A DNA stretch of 64,000 bases from Myxococcota bacterium (GCA_049317445.1 JBMOIG010000002.1:2635-66634); one strand, 5' to 3'. Positions 26,080 through 39,072 are shown, counted from the first letter of the stretch. Notes: generated by a model from the sequence alone, not told the origin. Translations and numbers: made by a program.

Positions 26080-27237
26080 TCACTGTCCCCCCCAGGATCC
26101 GCGGTTCGCGTGAGGGGCTGCGTCCAGCAGCTCGTCGTACAGCGTTTCGTAGCGGCGGGCTGTCCACCGAACGTCATAGCGCTCTTCCACCAGCGCCCGA
26201 CCGGCCTCGCCCAACCGCTGGCACTTGTCCGGCACTCGCAGCAGCTCGACCACCGCGGCCGCCAGCGCGACCGGGTCCAACGGCGGAACGCCAAGCGCGG
26301 CGCCGGCTTGCACCAGCTCGGTCAACGGAGCCTTGGTCGCAACCACGGTGGCGAGGTTTTCCGCCATGCCCTCCAGCAGCACCATCGGCAGGTCCATCTT
26401 CTCGTGGAAGCTGTCGGCCGGGAACACCTGGATGGTCGAGATGGCGAACAGCTCACGCAAGCTGCCAACTTCATTCAGGAACGTCACGTGGGCGGCGATG
26501 CCGTCTGCGGTCACGGCCTCCTTGATCCGCGACTCCTCCCGCGCGTCCTCCTCTGAGCGGATTCGGCAGGCCATGACGAAGTGCACGTCGGTCTGACGCA
26601 GCACGCGGGGCATCGCGGCCGCCACCGACCGCGCGGCAAAGCAGTGCGCGTAGTCCCCGGTGTAGATGATCACGGTCTTGTCTAGCGGGATCCGGTACTT
26701 GCGACGGATGGCGGCCTTCTCACCGGCCGGAATCGGCTCCCGCACCTCGATGCCCGGCGGCACCCACAAGGTGTGCTGGACGCCCTCTGCGGTCAGTCTT
26801 TGCTGCGTCTCTTGGGTCAGGCAGGCGATCCGCTGGCCGACCAGACCGTACCGGATGCCGACGGTCATCCGCGGAGCCCGCACCAGGGTGTGCACGACCG
26901 GCAAGCCTCGCAACCGCGCAGCAGCGCGGACGACCGTGGCCACCAACGCGTCGGCCGGCCAGAAGAGATGCACCAGATCGACCTTCTGTGCATCCATCAG
27001 GCGCGAAAACAGGCCGATGCGACGGCCGAGCGGGGTGTGACCGCCGATGCGGGGCCCCCACGCCGGAATCGTCTCGACCCGGGCGTCGCCCGACACAACG
27101 CCTTCGTGGGTGAGCACTTGCGGGCGATACCGCTCAAGGTGGCTGGCGACGGCACGGACGAGGTTCTTGTCGCTGCGGGTCCACGGCGGCTCAACCGGCC
27201 CCGACAGGTACAGGACGCGCTGACCGTGATGTGCCAT
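26080..27237 (-). CDS. Glycosyltransferase (GT4-like, GT-B fold)
   Basis: 385 aa; ...FPADSFHEKMDLPMVLLEGMAENLATVVA... resembles the C-terminal donor-binding half of GT4 enzymes. Weaker than 23766-24929. Confidence 0.55.
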   Translation of the reverse strand: MAHHGQRVLYLSGPVEPPWTRSDKNLVRAVASHLERYRPQVLTHEGVVSGDARVETIPAWGPRIGGHTPLGRRIGLFSRLMDAQKVDLVHLFWPADALVATVVRAAARLRGLPVVHTLVRAPRMTVGIRYGLVGQRIACLTQETQQRLTAEGVQHTLWVPPGIEVREPIPAGEKAAIRRKYRIPLDKTVIIYTGDYAHCFAARSVAAAMPRVLRQTDVHFVMACRIRSEEDAREESRIKEAVTADGIAAHVTFLNEVGSLRELFAISTIQVFPADSFHEKMDLPMVLLEGMAENLATVVATKAPLTELVQAGAALGVPPLDPVALAAAVVELLRVPDKCQRLGEAGRALVEERYDVRWTARRYETLYDELLDAAPHANRGSWGGQ

Positions 27238-27261
27238 GCCCTGCCCCCTGCCCGCGCCGAG

Positions 27262-29955
27262 CTAGGCGTCGCCAGGCGCGGCTTGAACGCCGAAACGGGC
27301 GCCCACCTGGTCGACCAGCCGGGCGATCTCGTCTGAGCCAATGGTCCGGTCGGCCGCGCGGCAGGTGACCCGAAACGTCAGTGCCCGCTCGGGGTTCGCA
27401 CCGGTCGCATCGTCCAGACCATAGAGATACTGAACCGACTCGACGCTGCCCGGCAAGACCGCAACCGCAACCTGACGCAGCGCGGCCGCTAGGTCGGCGA
27501 CGCGGTCGGTGCGGGGTCGCCGCAAGGTGAAGTCCTGAGTCACGGCGGGATGGGTCGGCGGCGCGGCGCCGCGCACGACCAGACGCTCGCCCTGCAGCAA
27601 GGCCCCGAGGTCCAGCTCCGCCACGACGACTTCCGCGGGCACGTCCAGACGCTGGCGCACGGCCGGATGCAGCGCCGAAACGACGCCCAACACCCTGTCG
27701 CCACTGCGGATCAGGCCGTGACGCCGCGGGTGCAGCCAGGTCGCGCCCAAGTCCGGGGCCGCGACAGGCAAGCGCAGCAGGTCCAACGACTGCGACAGGT
27801 CGCCTCGCGTCACGGTCAGGCCGCCCAACCCCGCGGCCTCGGCGACGGCCTCGAGGGCGCCGACCACGGTGCGGAACAGGCGCTCCGTCACTTCCTGCGG
27901 TGGAATCGCCGTCTTGGCCCCGTCGGCACCGCCGCCCAGCCGCTCAGCCAGCACCAGACCCAGACGGATCGGCTGCCACGGCAGGGGCGTCGCGCGTGCG
28001 GCGGCTTCGGTCACACCCAGCCGCATCTCCGGCGACATGCGGCCCAAATACGTGGCAGCAGCCGTTGGGTCGTCCAGCAGCGCCGGCACCCCACGGTCGA
28101 TGGCGGCCTGCTCGTGCGGAGCCAGCGTGCGGTCGGGCACCGGCACAAACACTCGACCGAGCTCGAACATACCGACCTGAAAGCCTTTCTTGCTCGCCTG
28201 CCGACCATCACCGGTCAGAAGGTTCCGCTCGATGGCGCTGATCAGGTTGGGCGCCAGGTTGCGACGCAGGCGGGACATCTCGCTGGAGATCGCGTTGCGA
28301 AGGCCCAGACGTGGCAGGTCGCCGCCGTCGGCGGTCGGCTCGTGCAAGCCCAGACGGGTGCGCTGCTTTTCGTCGTCGAAGCCATACAGCAGCACCTCGG
28401 TCAGACCGGCCCGCTGGACCAGAATCGCCCGGACATCGCGTTCGAGCCGGCGCAGCGGCGGCAGTTCCGGCGGCCGCGACGGGATCAACGGTGCCTTGCT
28501 GACGATGCGCTGGTAGCCGTAGTGACGCCCCAACTCCTCGACCAGGTCTTCGGCCAAGCGGATGTCGCGCGTGGCGCGGAAGCCGGGCACGGTCACGGTC
28601 AGCGCGTCGCCCTGACGATCAACTTGGAATTCGAGCGCTTGCAGGCAGTGGTCGATCCACGCGTCGGCCATCTCGACCGGGGACACGCCCAAGCGGCCGC
28701 GCAGGTACGTCGAGGTCGTCGCGATGCGAATCGGCGCGGGCGGCTGCGTGCCGAACGGACCGGCATCGGCCAGACCGCTGGTGATTCGGGCGCCAGGGCT
28801 GACCTGTAGCAGCAGACACAGGAACCTTCGGGCAGCGGTGGCGGCGAGCGCGGGGTCAAGGCTCTTCTCGAAGCGGGCCGAGCTCTCCGTCCGCATCCCC
28901 AATCGCATCGCGGTCTTGCGGATGGTCGCGGCGTCAAAGGCGGCCGCCTCCAGCACCACGGTTCGGGTGTCGGGGCGGATCTCGCTTTCTTCGCCCCCCA
29001 TGACGCCGGCCAAGGCGACGGGGCGGTCCGCGTCGGCGATCACGCAGTCGTTGGCCGTCAGCACGCGGTCTGAGCCGTCCAGCGTGCGGAGAGTCTCGCC
29101 CGGCGTCGCACGGCGCACGCGGATCGTCTGACCGTGCAGAAAGCGAGCATCGAAGGCGTGCAGCGGGTTGCCGGTCTCGAGCATGACCAGGTTGGTGGCG
29201 TCGACGACGTTGCTGATCGGCCGCACCCCCAAGCGACGCAGCCGCAGCCGCAAGTCGACCGGTGCCGGCGCGAGGGTCACGTCCTCGATGCGCGCGCAAA
29301 GGTAGCGCGGGCACAGGTCTGGCGCCTGAACCTGCAGATCGACCGGCACGCCCTGCCCCAGCGCCACGGCGAGGTCGAGCGGCTGCAAGGGCTTGTCCAG
29401 CATCGCCGCAACTTCGCGGGCCATGCCGTATTGGCCCCACAGGTCGGGTCGGTGGGTGATCGACTTGTTGTCGACTTCGTAAAGCGTGTCGGAGACTTCC
29501 ACCGCGTCGAGCAGCGGCGTACCGGCGGGCGCGGAGCAACCGTCCAGCGACAGCAGTCCCGTGTGGTCGTCGCTCAAGCCCAGATCGGCCTCCGAGGCGA
29601 GCATGCCGGGCGAACGCACGCCACGGACCTCTCCCTCGCGCACCGTGATGCCCGACGGCAGCGTCACACCCGGCGGCACGAACGGCACGCGCATCCCCAG
29701 ACGCAAGTCCGGGGCGCCGCAGACCACGCGCTCAGTGCGGCCACCCAGATCGACGGTCGCAATGTGCAGCTTGTCGGCGTTCGGATGGTCCTCGACCCCG
29801 ATTACGTCGGCGACCAGCACGTTCTCGAGCCCGGGACCCACCTGGATCACGTGGTCGATCTCTGCGACGGTGCAGGTGAAGCGGCCGGCAAAGGCCACGG
29901 GGTCCACGCCCGAAGTGTCGACCCATTGCGAGATCCAGCGCCAGGACACGAACAT
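27262..29955 (-). CDS. pheT: Phenylalanine--tRNA ligase beta subunit
   Basis: 897 aa; MFVSWRWISQWVD..., tRNA-binding domain, B3/B4 and B5 regions. Immediately downstream of pheS. Confidence 0.9.
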   Translation of the reverse strand: MFVSWRWISQWVDTSGVDPVAFAGRFTCTVAEIDHVIQVGPGLENVLVADVIGVEDHPNADKLHIATVDLGGRTERVVCGAPDLRLGMRVPFVPPGVTLPSGITVREGEVRGVRSPGMLASEADLGLSDDHTGLLSLDGCSAPAGTPLLDAVEVSDTLYEVDNKSITHRPDLWGQYGMAREVAAMLDKPLQPLDLAVALGQGVPVDLQVQAPDLCPRYLCARIEDVTLAPAPVDLRLRLRRLGVRPISNVVDATNLVMLETGNPLHAFDARFLHGQTIRVRRATPGETLRTLDGSDRVLTANDCVIADADRPVALAGVMGGEESEIRPDTRTVVLEAAAFDAATIRKTAMRLGMRTESSARFEKSLDPALAATAARRFLCLLLQVSPGARITSGLADAGPFGTQPPAPIRIATTSTYLRGRLGVSPVEMADAWIDHCLQALEFQVDRQGDALTVTVPGFRATRDIRLAEDLVEELGRHYGYQRIVSKAPLIPSRPPELPPLRRLERDVRAILVQRAGLTEVLLYGFDDEKQRTRLGLHEPTADGGDLPRLGLRNAISSEMSRLRRNLAPNLISAIERNLLTGDGRQASKKGFQVGMFELGRVFVPVPDRTLAPHEQAAIDRGVPALLDDPTAAATYLGRMSPEMRLGVTEAAARATPLPWQPIRLGLVLAERLGGGADGAKTAIPPQEVTERLFRTVVGALEAVAEAAGLGGLTVTRGDLSQSLDLLRLPVAAPDLGATWLHPRRHGLIRSGDRVLGVVSALHPAVRQRLDVPAEVVVAELDLGALLQGERLVVRGAAPPTHPAVTQDFTLRRPRTDRVADLAAALRQVAVAVLPGSVESVQYLYGLDDATGANPERALTFRVTCRAADRTIGSDEIARLVDQVGARFGVQAAPGDA

Positions 29956-29974
29956 CGAAGGCCTCGAGCTTGTT

Positions 29975-31015
29975 CTAGAATTGGGTCAAGAACCGGGTGT
30001 CTCCGGACAGCAGCAGCCGCACGTCCGGCACGCCGAAGCGCATCATCACCAGCCGCGACAGACCCAGGCCAAAGGCCCAGCCCTGCCATTCCTCCGGATC
30101 CAGCCCGCCCGCACGCAGCACGTGGGGGTGCACGAGTCCGCAGGGCAACAGCTCGAGCCAACCTGACTGCTTGCACACCGAGCAGCCTTTGCCACCGCAG
30201 ACGCGGCACTGGATGTCCAGCTCGAAACCGGGCTCAACGAATGGGAAATACCCGGGGCGCAGGCGCACGGTCACGTCGGTCTTCAAGATGGCCGACAGCA
30301 GCGTCCGCATCGAGTCCAGCAGGTGCGCCACCGACACATGGCGGTCGACCAGCAGCCCCTCGACCTGATGGAATGTGTGCTCGTGGCTCGCGTCGGTCGC
30401 CTCGTAGCGATAGACCTTGCCCGGAAACACGGCCCGGAACGGCGGCGCAAACGTCTGCATCGCGCGAACCTGACCGGACGACGTGTGCGTGCGCAGCAAG
30501 TGACCGTCCTGCAGCCAGAACGTGTCTTGCATGTCGCGCGCCGGGTGCCACGACGGGATGTTCAGCGCCTCGAAGTTGTCGAATTCGCTCTCGACTTCGG
30601 GGTAGTCCAGCACGTGGAAGCCCATCGACGAAAACACCGACTCGATCTCGGCCTGCACCAACGACAGCGGATGCGGGTGACCGCGCTTGGGCAGCAGGCC
30701 CGGCACCGTTTCGTCGAACGTGTCGTCGGCGAGCTCGGCGTCGAGAATCGCCCGTTCCAGCGCGGTCTTGCGGTCGGCCAGCGCCCGCTCGACATGGGTC
30801 CGCACGTCGCCGGCGGCGGCACCGTAGTCACGGCGCTCCTCGGGCGGAAGGGTGCCGACGCGGCGCATCAGGGCCGTGACGTCGCCCTTCTTGCCGACCG
30901 ATGCGACCTCAAGCTCGCGCAGACCCGCCAGATCGGGGGCAAGGGCGATGCGCTGCAGCCAATCCTGAGTCAACGCGTGGAGTTCCGCGCGCCAGGAGGG
31001 GGTTGCCTGATTCAT
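29975..31015 (-). CDS. pheS: Phenylalanine--tRNA ligase alpha subunit
   Basis: 346 aa; class-II aaRS motifs (...FRxxxFPFTEP-type: YFPFVEPGFELDI, GLGLSRLVMMRFGV). Confidence 0.9.
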   Translation of the reverse strand: MNQATPSWRAELHALTQDWLQRIALAPDLAGLRELEVASVGKKGDVTALMRRVGTLPPEERRDYGAAAGDVRTHVERALADRKTALERAILDAELADDTFDETVPGLLPKRGHPHPLSLVQAEIESVFSSMGFHVLDYPEVESEFDNFEALNIPSWHPARDMQDTFWLQDGHLLRTHTSSGQVRAMQTFAPPFRAVFPGKVYRYEATDASHEHTFHQVEGLLVDRHVSVAHLLDSMRTLLSAILKTDVTVRLRPGYFPFVEPGFELDIQCRVCGGKGCSVCKQSGWLELLPCGLVHPHVLRAGGLDPEEWQGWAFGLGLSRLVMMRFGVPDVRLLLSGDTRFLTQF

Positions 31016-31028
31016 GGGGTGTACCGTC

Positions 31029-32030
31029 CTACTCGGTCCGCTTCATCACGTGGTAGCCGAAATCCGTCTCGACGATGTCGATCTGGCCGACGCCTAGCGA
31101 CAGCCCCAACTGCTTGAACGGCGGCACCAAACCGGCGTCGGGCGTGACGGGATAGATGCCAGGGCCGGTGTCCTGTGTGTTCGCCTTCATCAACGCCGCA
31201 AAGTCGGCGCCCTTCTTGCGGGCCTGATGGGCGATCTGGACGGCCAGCACCTTGGCCTCGTCCTTGGTACGCGTGACCTGCGTGCCGGGAAGCGAGCCGG
31301 CGTAGCCGATCAGGATGTGCATGACGAGGGTGTGGTCCGGCTTCGGGTCGACCTTCTTCGGGCAAGTCGTCGGGTCCTCACCAGGCAGCGGGCAGGCGCC
31401 GGTCAGCACCGGGTCGAGGGGCGGCTCGAAGTCGAACGGCAGCCGCTTCATCACGTGGTAGCCGAAGGTGGTCTCGACGACATCGACCTGGCCCATGCCG
31501 AGCGAGACCGCCATCGCGGTGAACTGCGGCACGAAGCGCGTGCGGAGCGACGGAGGCAGTCCGTAGATGCCACCTCCCGGGTCCTGACTGTAGGTGCGAA
31601 TCAGATTCACGAAGTCGGCGCCGGGCATGCGAGCCTCGTGGGCGACCTTGCGCGCGAGCTCGAAAGCCTGCTCCTTGGTGCGCTCGACCACCTTGTCCGG
31701 CAGCGAGCCGTTCCAGCCGATCAGCACGTGACCGACCTTGAGGTCGTCGTCGACCTTGGCCTGCTTCGAGGGACACGCGGCCGCGTCCTCTCCCGGCAGC
31801 GGGCATGGGTCCGTCAGCACCGACAAGCTGGCGGCCTTGGCGGGCTCTGCGGCAGCTGTGGGCGACACGGCGGCCGGCGCGGAAACCGCGGGGGCCGGGG
31901 TGGCCTGTGGCACAGCGGCGGCGGCAGGCGCGGCCGGGACCGCGGCTGGCTCATCCTTCTTGCAGGCGACAACGCTCAGCGTCACGGCGACGGCCAGAGC
32001 GAGCAGACGAAGCGCTTGGGGCGCGGACAT
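31029..32030 (-). CDS. PpiC-type peptidyl-prolyl cis-trans isomerase lipoprotein (two parvulin domains)
   Basis: MSAPQALRLLALAVAVTLSVVAC lipobox. Duplicated HVLIGW...FGYHVMKR / HILIGY...FGYHVMKR parvulin motifs. Confidence 0.7.
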   Translation of the reverse strand: MSAPQALRLLALAVAVTLSVVACKKDEPAAVPAAPAAAAVPQATPAPAVSAPAAVSPTAAAEPAKAASLSVLTDPCPLPGEDAAACPSKQAKVDDDLKVGHVLIGWNGSLPDKVVERTKEQAFELARKVAHEARMPGADFVNLIRTYSQDPGGGIYGLPPSLRTRFVPQFTAMAVSLGMGQVDVVETTFGYHVMKRLPFDFEPPLDPVLTGACPLPGEDPTTCPKKVDPKPDHTLVMHILIGYAGSLPGTQVTRTKDEAKVLAVQIAHQARKKGADFAALMKANTQDTGPGIYPVTPDAGLVPPFKQLGLSLGVGQIDIVETDFGYHVMKRTE

Positions 32031-32103
32031 GGCAGGGACCTCATCGGGCAAGGGTGAAACGGGGCAAGAAGTGTGCGACGAATGGTCGAACCGGGTCAAC
32101 GCG

Positions 32104-34662
<2,559 letters not shown>

Positions 34663-34823
34663 CGGTGTCCGTAGCGGATGGGGTCGGCAGAAGGGGGCGA
34701 TCGCCTGACCCGACAGGAATCCGGTCTGCTGACCGACCTCAGCAGCGAGGTCTGGACCGGCGAGGTGCAAGAGACTAGTGCGCTCGATTCGGGACCGCAA
34801 CCGCGAACCCCTTGGCCACGGAC

Positions 34824-36353
34824 TCAGCGCGCGCCGGTCAGCGTCCAGAGTCCGTGGCGCTGGGCAGCTTGAACGGCCGACCGCTCCTCATCCGGAAGTC
34901 TGCGATCCAGCTCGGCAAATGCCGCCTTCCATGCCCCGAGACTCGCGCCGTTGCGGGCGGCCTGCAGCACCGCATGACCCGTCTGGATGCCGCCCTGCGA
35001 CAGCCGGTACTCGACCCACGCCTGTCGCGGTGAGTCAAAGCGCACGTCGACACGGCCCCCCAGACCTCGCTGAATCCGCTGCAGCTTCTTGGTCTGCGCC
35101 GCGGCCGGTTCGAAAGGGGCTTCCGCAAGTGGCGTGTGCAGCTTGGGCACGAACGGCGACAGCGTGATCGCGGACCGAACCCGCTTGGACAGACGTTGGC
35201 CGAAGTCGATCAACTCCTGGATGTCGTCGTCGTTCTCGTCGGGCAACCCGATGATCACGTAGACCTTCACAAGCTTCATGCCAACACGCCGGGCCTGCTC
35301 GGCGGCCTCCATCAGGTGTCGCTCGCGCAATCCCTTCATCATCTTGCCGCGCAGACGTTGCGAAGCCGCATCCGACGCGACCGTGAGCGTGCGGTAGCCA
35401 CCTTGGTGCAAGAGGTCGACCAGCTCGTCGTCCAGCTTGTCCGCTCGCAGGGAGCTGACGCCCACCTGCTTGCCCCGCTCCAGTGCCGCCCGCAAAATGT
35501 CCTTGAAGAACGGCCAGTCGCTGACGGCGGCCCCCACGAAGCCCACGCGCGGTGCCGCCTCAAATTCCGGCCGGTCCAGCACCGCCACGACCTGGTCGAG
35601 CTCGGGCGACCGCACCGGAGCCACCGGGGCACGCACCACGCAAAACTTGCAGTAGCGAGGGCAGCCGCGACTGGTCTCGACCAGCATCATGTTGCGGAAC
35701 TCAGCCTGCGGACTGTGCCAAACGCCGCGCGCCGGGATGGCGTCACCCCGAACCGACAGCAGCTCGGGCACCGCATCGCCGTGGATCGAGGGGACCCAGA
35801 ACCCCGGCATCCCGGCCGCCTGAGCCATCAGGGCGGCGCGGTCCGGGCGCTCCTGCAGCCAATCGAGCAGCGTGTAGACGGCGAGGTCCGCCTCTCCCAT
35901 CACCACCACGTCGGCAAACAGACCCAGCGGCAAGACGTTGGAGTTTGTCAGCGGCCCTCCCACGACCACCGGGGGATGCTGCGGACCGCGCTCGGAAGCC
36001 AGCGCCGGGATGCCTGAACCCTCGAGCATCAGCACCAAGTGGGCCAAGTCCAGCTCGTAGGCTATGGAAAAGCAGACTGCGTCGTAGTCGGCGAGCGGCT
36101 TGGCGAATTCCAGGGAGTGGACAGGGACTTGGCCCGGGTGCTCCAGGGCGTCGTCGGGCAGCACTGCACGGTGACAGGCGACGTGGTCGCGACTGTTCAA
36201 CGCCCGGTAGATGACCTGCATCCCCAAGGACGAGCCTGCCACCCGATACGTGTTGGGGTAGGCCAGCAGGACTTCGACCGGGGCGCGCCGAAGAATCGTG
36301 CCGATCTCGTCGGCGATCAGAGGACTTCGGGCGCGCGGATCGAACATGGTCAT
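34824..36353 (-). CDS. B12-binding-domain radical SAM protein
   Basis: N-terminal B12-binding-like region. Radical SAM cluster motif ETSRGCPRYCKFC (CxxxCxxC). Start at ATG 36353 (MTMFDPRARSPL...) avoids overlap with the divergent gene at 36505. Confidence 0.75.
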   Translation of the reverse strand: MTMFDPRARSPLIADEIGTILRRAPVEVLLAYPNTYRVAGSSLGMQVIYRALNSRDHVACHRAVLPDDALEHPGQVPVHSLEFAKPLADYDAVCFSIAYELDLAHLVLMLEGSGIPALASERGPQHPPVVVGGPLTNSNVLPLGLFADVVVMGEADLAVYTLLDWLQERPDRAALMAQAAGMPGFWVPSIHGDAVPELLSVRGDAIPARGVWHSPQAEFRNMMLVETSRGCPRYCKFCVVRAPVAPVRSPELDQVVAVLDRPEFEAAPRVGFVGAAVSDWPFFKDILRAALERGKQVGVSSLRADKLDDELVDLLHQGGYRTLTVASDAASQRLRGKMMKGLRERHLMEAAEQARRVGMKLVKVYVIIGLPDENDDDIQELIDFGQRLSKRVRSAITLSPFVPKLHTPLAEAPFEPAAAQTKKLQRIQRGLGGRVDVRFDSPRQAWVEYRLSQGGIQTGHAVLQAARNGASLGAWKAAFAELDRRLPDEERSAVQAAQRHGLWTLTGAR

Positions 36354-36504
36354 CGGCGGCGCAGGGTAGGTCGCGGGGGGGTCGACGGTCAACGTCAACG
36401 CTGCAGCCCTGCGGGACCACGGCGTTCCCCGCCCGAACGGTTGCCCGGACGGCGCGCTGCGTGCGAGGCTGCTGGCCTGCTCTAGCCCTTCACGGAGACC
36501 CCGC

Positions 36505-37704
36505 ATGGCCGCCGCTGCACGCACGCCGTCACCTCTCGCGCTCCCGCTTTCGCTTGACGAGGTGGAACAGCTCACCCGCTGGCGCCGGGACCTGCACGCC
36601 GCGCCAGAGCTGTCGCTGCATGAGCACGACACCCAAGACTACGTGCGCAAGGCCTTGCTCGACATCGGGTTTTCGCCGGTGGAGTCGCTGGGCGGCACGG
36701 GCCTCGTCGTCCGTCTGGGACGGGGCGACACGCCGCGCTGCCTGTTGCTGCGGGCGGACATGGACGCGCTGCCGGTGCACGAGCTGACCGGCCTGCCCTT
36801 CGCGTCGCGCACGCCCGGGCGCATGCACGCGTGCGGCCATGACGGCCACATGGCGATCCTGTTGGCGGTCGCCCAACGAATGTTCGCTCACGCACAGGAG
36901 ATTTCAGGCACAGTGGTGTTCGCGTTTCAGCCTGCGGAGGAGATCGGTCGCGGCGCGCTGGCGATGATCGAAGACGGGCTGCTGGAGCGGCCCAAGGTCG
37001 ACCACGCGCTGGGCCTGCACCTGTGGACCGGCCTGCCGACTGGCGTCGTCAGCGCCGTGCCGGGCCCGGTCATGGCGGCGGTCGACGAATTCACGGTCAC
37101 GGTACGGGGACGCGGCGGCCACGGCGCCCTGCCCCACACCGCCATCGACCCCATCGTCGCGGCTGCGGCCGTCGTCCAAGCACTGCAGACGATCGCGTCA
37201 CGGCGCACCGATCCGCTCGATCCGGTCGTGGTCACGGTGGGCAGCATCCACGGCGGCACGGCCTTCAACGTGGTCGCCGACGAGGTGGTGCTGCGAGGCA
37301 CGGTGCGCAGTTTCTCCAAAGCGCTGGCCCAACGTCTGCCGGGCCTGCTCGACGAGGTCGCCCGCGCCGCCGCCGCTGCGCACGGAGCCACCGCCGAGAC
37401 CAGCTACAGTCGCCACACCATCGCTCTGCACAACGACCCCACCACCACGCGACGGGTCGCCCGGATCGCCGCGTCGACGTCCGGTGTCACGGCTGTTGAC
37501 GACCAGATGCGCATGATGGCAGGCGAGGACATGGCCTACATCCTCGACCGCGCGCCCGGTTGCTTCTTCTTCGTTGGCTGCGGTGGGGAAGGGGCCGAGC
37601 CGCACCACAGCCCGCGCTTCCGCATCGACGAGGCGGCCCTGCCCGTCGGCGTGCAGGTCATGCTGGGGGCCGTCGCCGCCTACTTCACCGATGGCGCTCT
37701 GTAA
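36505..37704 (+). CDS. M20-family amidohydrolase (peptidase M20D; N-acyl-amino-acid amidohydrolase/hippuricase-like)
   Basis: MHACGHDGHMAILLAVA (metal-binding HxD/H), FQPAEE, GGHGALPH motifs of M20D amidohydrolases. Confidence 0.75.
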   Translation: MAAAARTPSPLALPLSLDEVEQLTRWRRDLHAAPELSLHEHDTQDYVRKALLDIGFSPVESLGGTGLVVRLGRGDTPRCLLLRADMDALPVHELTGLPFASRTPGRMHACGHDGHMAILLAVAQRMFAHAQEISGTVVFAFQPAEEIGRGALAMIEDGLLERPKVDHALGLHLWTGLPTGVVSAVPGPVMAAVDEFTVTVRGRGGHGALPHTAIDPIVAAAAVVQALQTIASRRTDPLDPVVVTVGSIHGGTAFNVVADEVVLRGTVRSFSKALAQRLPGLLDEVARAAAAAHGATAETSYSRHTIALHNDPTTTRRVARIAASTSGVTAVDDQMRMMAGEDMAYILDRAPGCFFFVGCGGEGAEPHHSPRFRIDEAALPVGVQVMLGAVAAYFTDGAL

Positions 37705-37818
37705 CCGCCCGGCTCCAACGGCGCACATCCCCATCCCGCCAATGCAATTCGTGATTGCACGGGGAGGCGCCTCAGCGTAGCCTTTTCGTTTCTGGCAGCT
37801 ACGCTGCAAGAGGTCGAT

Positions 37819-39072
37819 GTGCGCTCTTGGTCCCCGGAAAGCCCCTGTCTTTGCAAGGCAACGCCGACCCGGTGGCTGTCTCGCGTCCTTGCCTGCGCCG
37901 CCGTTGCGGTCGCAGCGTGCGCCGCATTGCCGGTGACGGCCCGCGCCGAAAGTGTCACCGACCGCAAGGCGGCGGCCGAGGCACAGGACCGTGCCCGAGA
38001 GGCCCTGCAGGCCCGTAAGTGGAGCGACGCCGTTCCTTACGCGGTCCGCGCCGCCACGCTGAACCCGTATCGGCTGAACCGATTGATGGCGGCCGTCGCC
38101 CTGTCTTACACCGATGCGTGGCGCGAGGCGGCGGTCTGGCTGCAGCCGGTAGAGGCTGACGGCAACGTCGACGACCCGGACGTCAAGCACATGCTCACCT
38201 TGCTGACCAGGCGTTCCGACGCACTGCAAGCGGCCACGCAAGACTGCTCCACGCGGCTGACGCACGAACAGTTCGCGGCGCTCACCCAGTTCGTGCCTGC
38301 GTCGGCAGAGGTGAAGGCGCGTGTGGCCAAGCGGGTTTGCCTGCGGGCGCGACTGCCGGGCTTGGGCTCCGGCGTTCGCGTGGTGCAAGCCAAGCGCACG
38401 ATTGCGGCAGATGCTGATGGACTGTACCGCGTCGCCGCCGGTCGCCTCGAGGTGGTTCCGGGCAACCGCACACCGGTACCTCTGGAAGTGCGAGGCGAGG
38501 AAGATCAGGTGGTGGCGGTTCGTCTGCCCGACGACCCGACCTTGCGCGGATCCATCATGGTGCGAGGACTGCCGGGCGACGGTGAGCTGCTGGTCGATGG
38601 CGCCCAGACCCCGCCAGACGCCGCCCACCGGCTGACCCTGACGCCAGCGACCCACGAGCTGGTGGCGCGCGCCCCCGGGCGGGTCGAGTTTCGCCAGTCG
38701 GTCGCGGTGGGCATCGCCGAGGATCGGACCGTGGAAGTTCGCCTGGCCAAAGAGGTTCCGGGCATCGCCAAGTGGCTGATGGGCGGTGGCGCGCTGCTTG
38801 CGGCTGGCGGAGGTGCCGGCTTCTGGTTGTGGGGCCTCAAGCCGATGCAGGACGACCTGGCCGCAGCGAAAACCGACCCGGTGACAGGGCGCGAGGCCAG
38901 CACGGGCTATCAGGACCGCACGGCAACCGTGGACAGCGCGAACCGCGCACAGTGGGCGAATGGTGCGGTCATCGGCGTCGGGGCCGCGGCGGCGCTGGCG
39001 GGTCTCTATTGGTGGGCGACCTTTGACGACACACCGCCAGAATGGGCGGCTGCGGGCGTCGTTGCACCTTGA
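37819..39072 (+). CDS. Hypothetical secreted/membrane-anchored protein (PEGA-like segment, C-terminal TM helix)
   Basis: GTG 37819 with agagg upstream. Signal-like LACAAVAVAACAALPVTARA. GSIMVRGLPGDGELLVDGAQ resembles a PEGA motif. WLMGGGALLAAGGGAGFWLWGL is a TM segment. Low-complexity long antisense ORF on the opposite strand rejected. Confidence 0.45.
   Translation: MRSWSPESPCLCKATPTRWLSRVLACAAVAVAACAALPVTARAESVTDRKAAAEAQDRAREALQARKWSDAVPYAVRAATLNPYRLNRLMAAVALSYTDAWREAAVWLQPVEADGNVDDPDVKHMLTLLTRRSDALQAATQDCSTRLTHEQFAALTQFVPASAEVKARVAKRVCLRARLPGLGSGVRVVQAKRTIAADADGLYRVAAGRLEVVPGNRTPVPLEVRGEEDQVVAVRLPDDPTLRGSIMVRGLPGDGELLVDGAQTPPDAAHRLTLTPATHELVARAPGRVEFRQSVAVGIAEDRTVEVRLAKEVPGIAKWLMGGGALLAAGGGAGFWLWGLKPMQDDLAAAKTDPVTGREASTGYQDRTATVDSANRAQWANGAVIGVGAAAALAGLYWWATFDDTPPEWAAAGVVAP

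Noticed and set aside
29134-30879. 581-aa plus-strand ORF
   Set aside because: Antisense to pheT/pheS, which have unambiguous class-II aaRS motifs.
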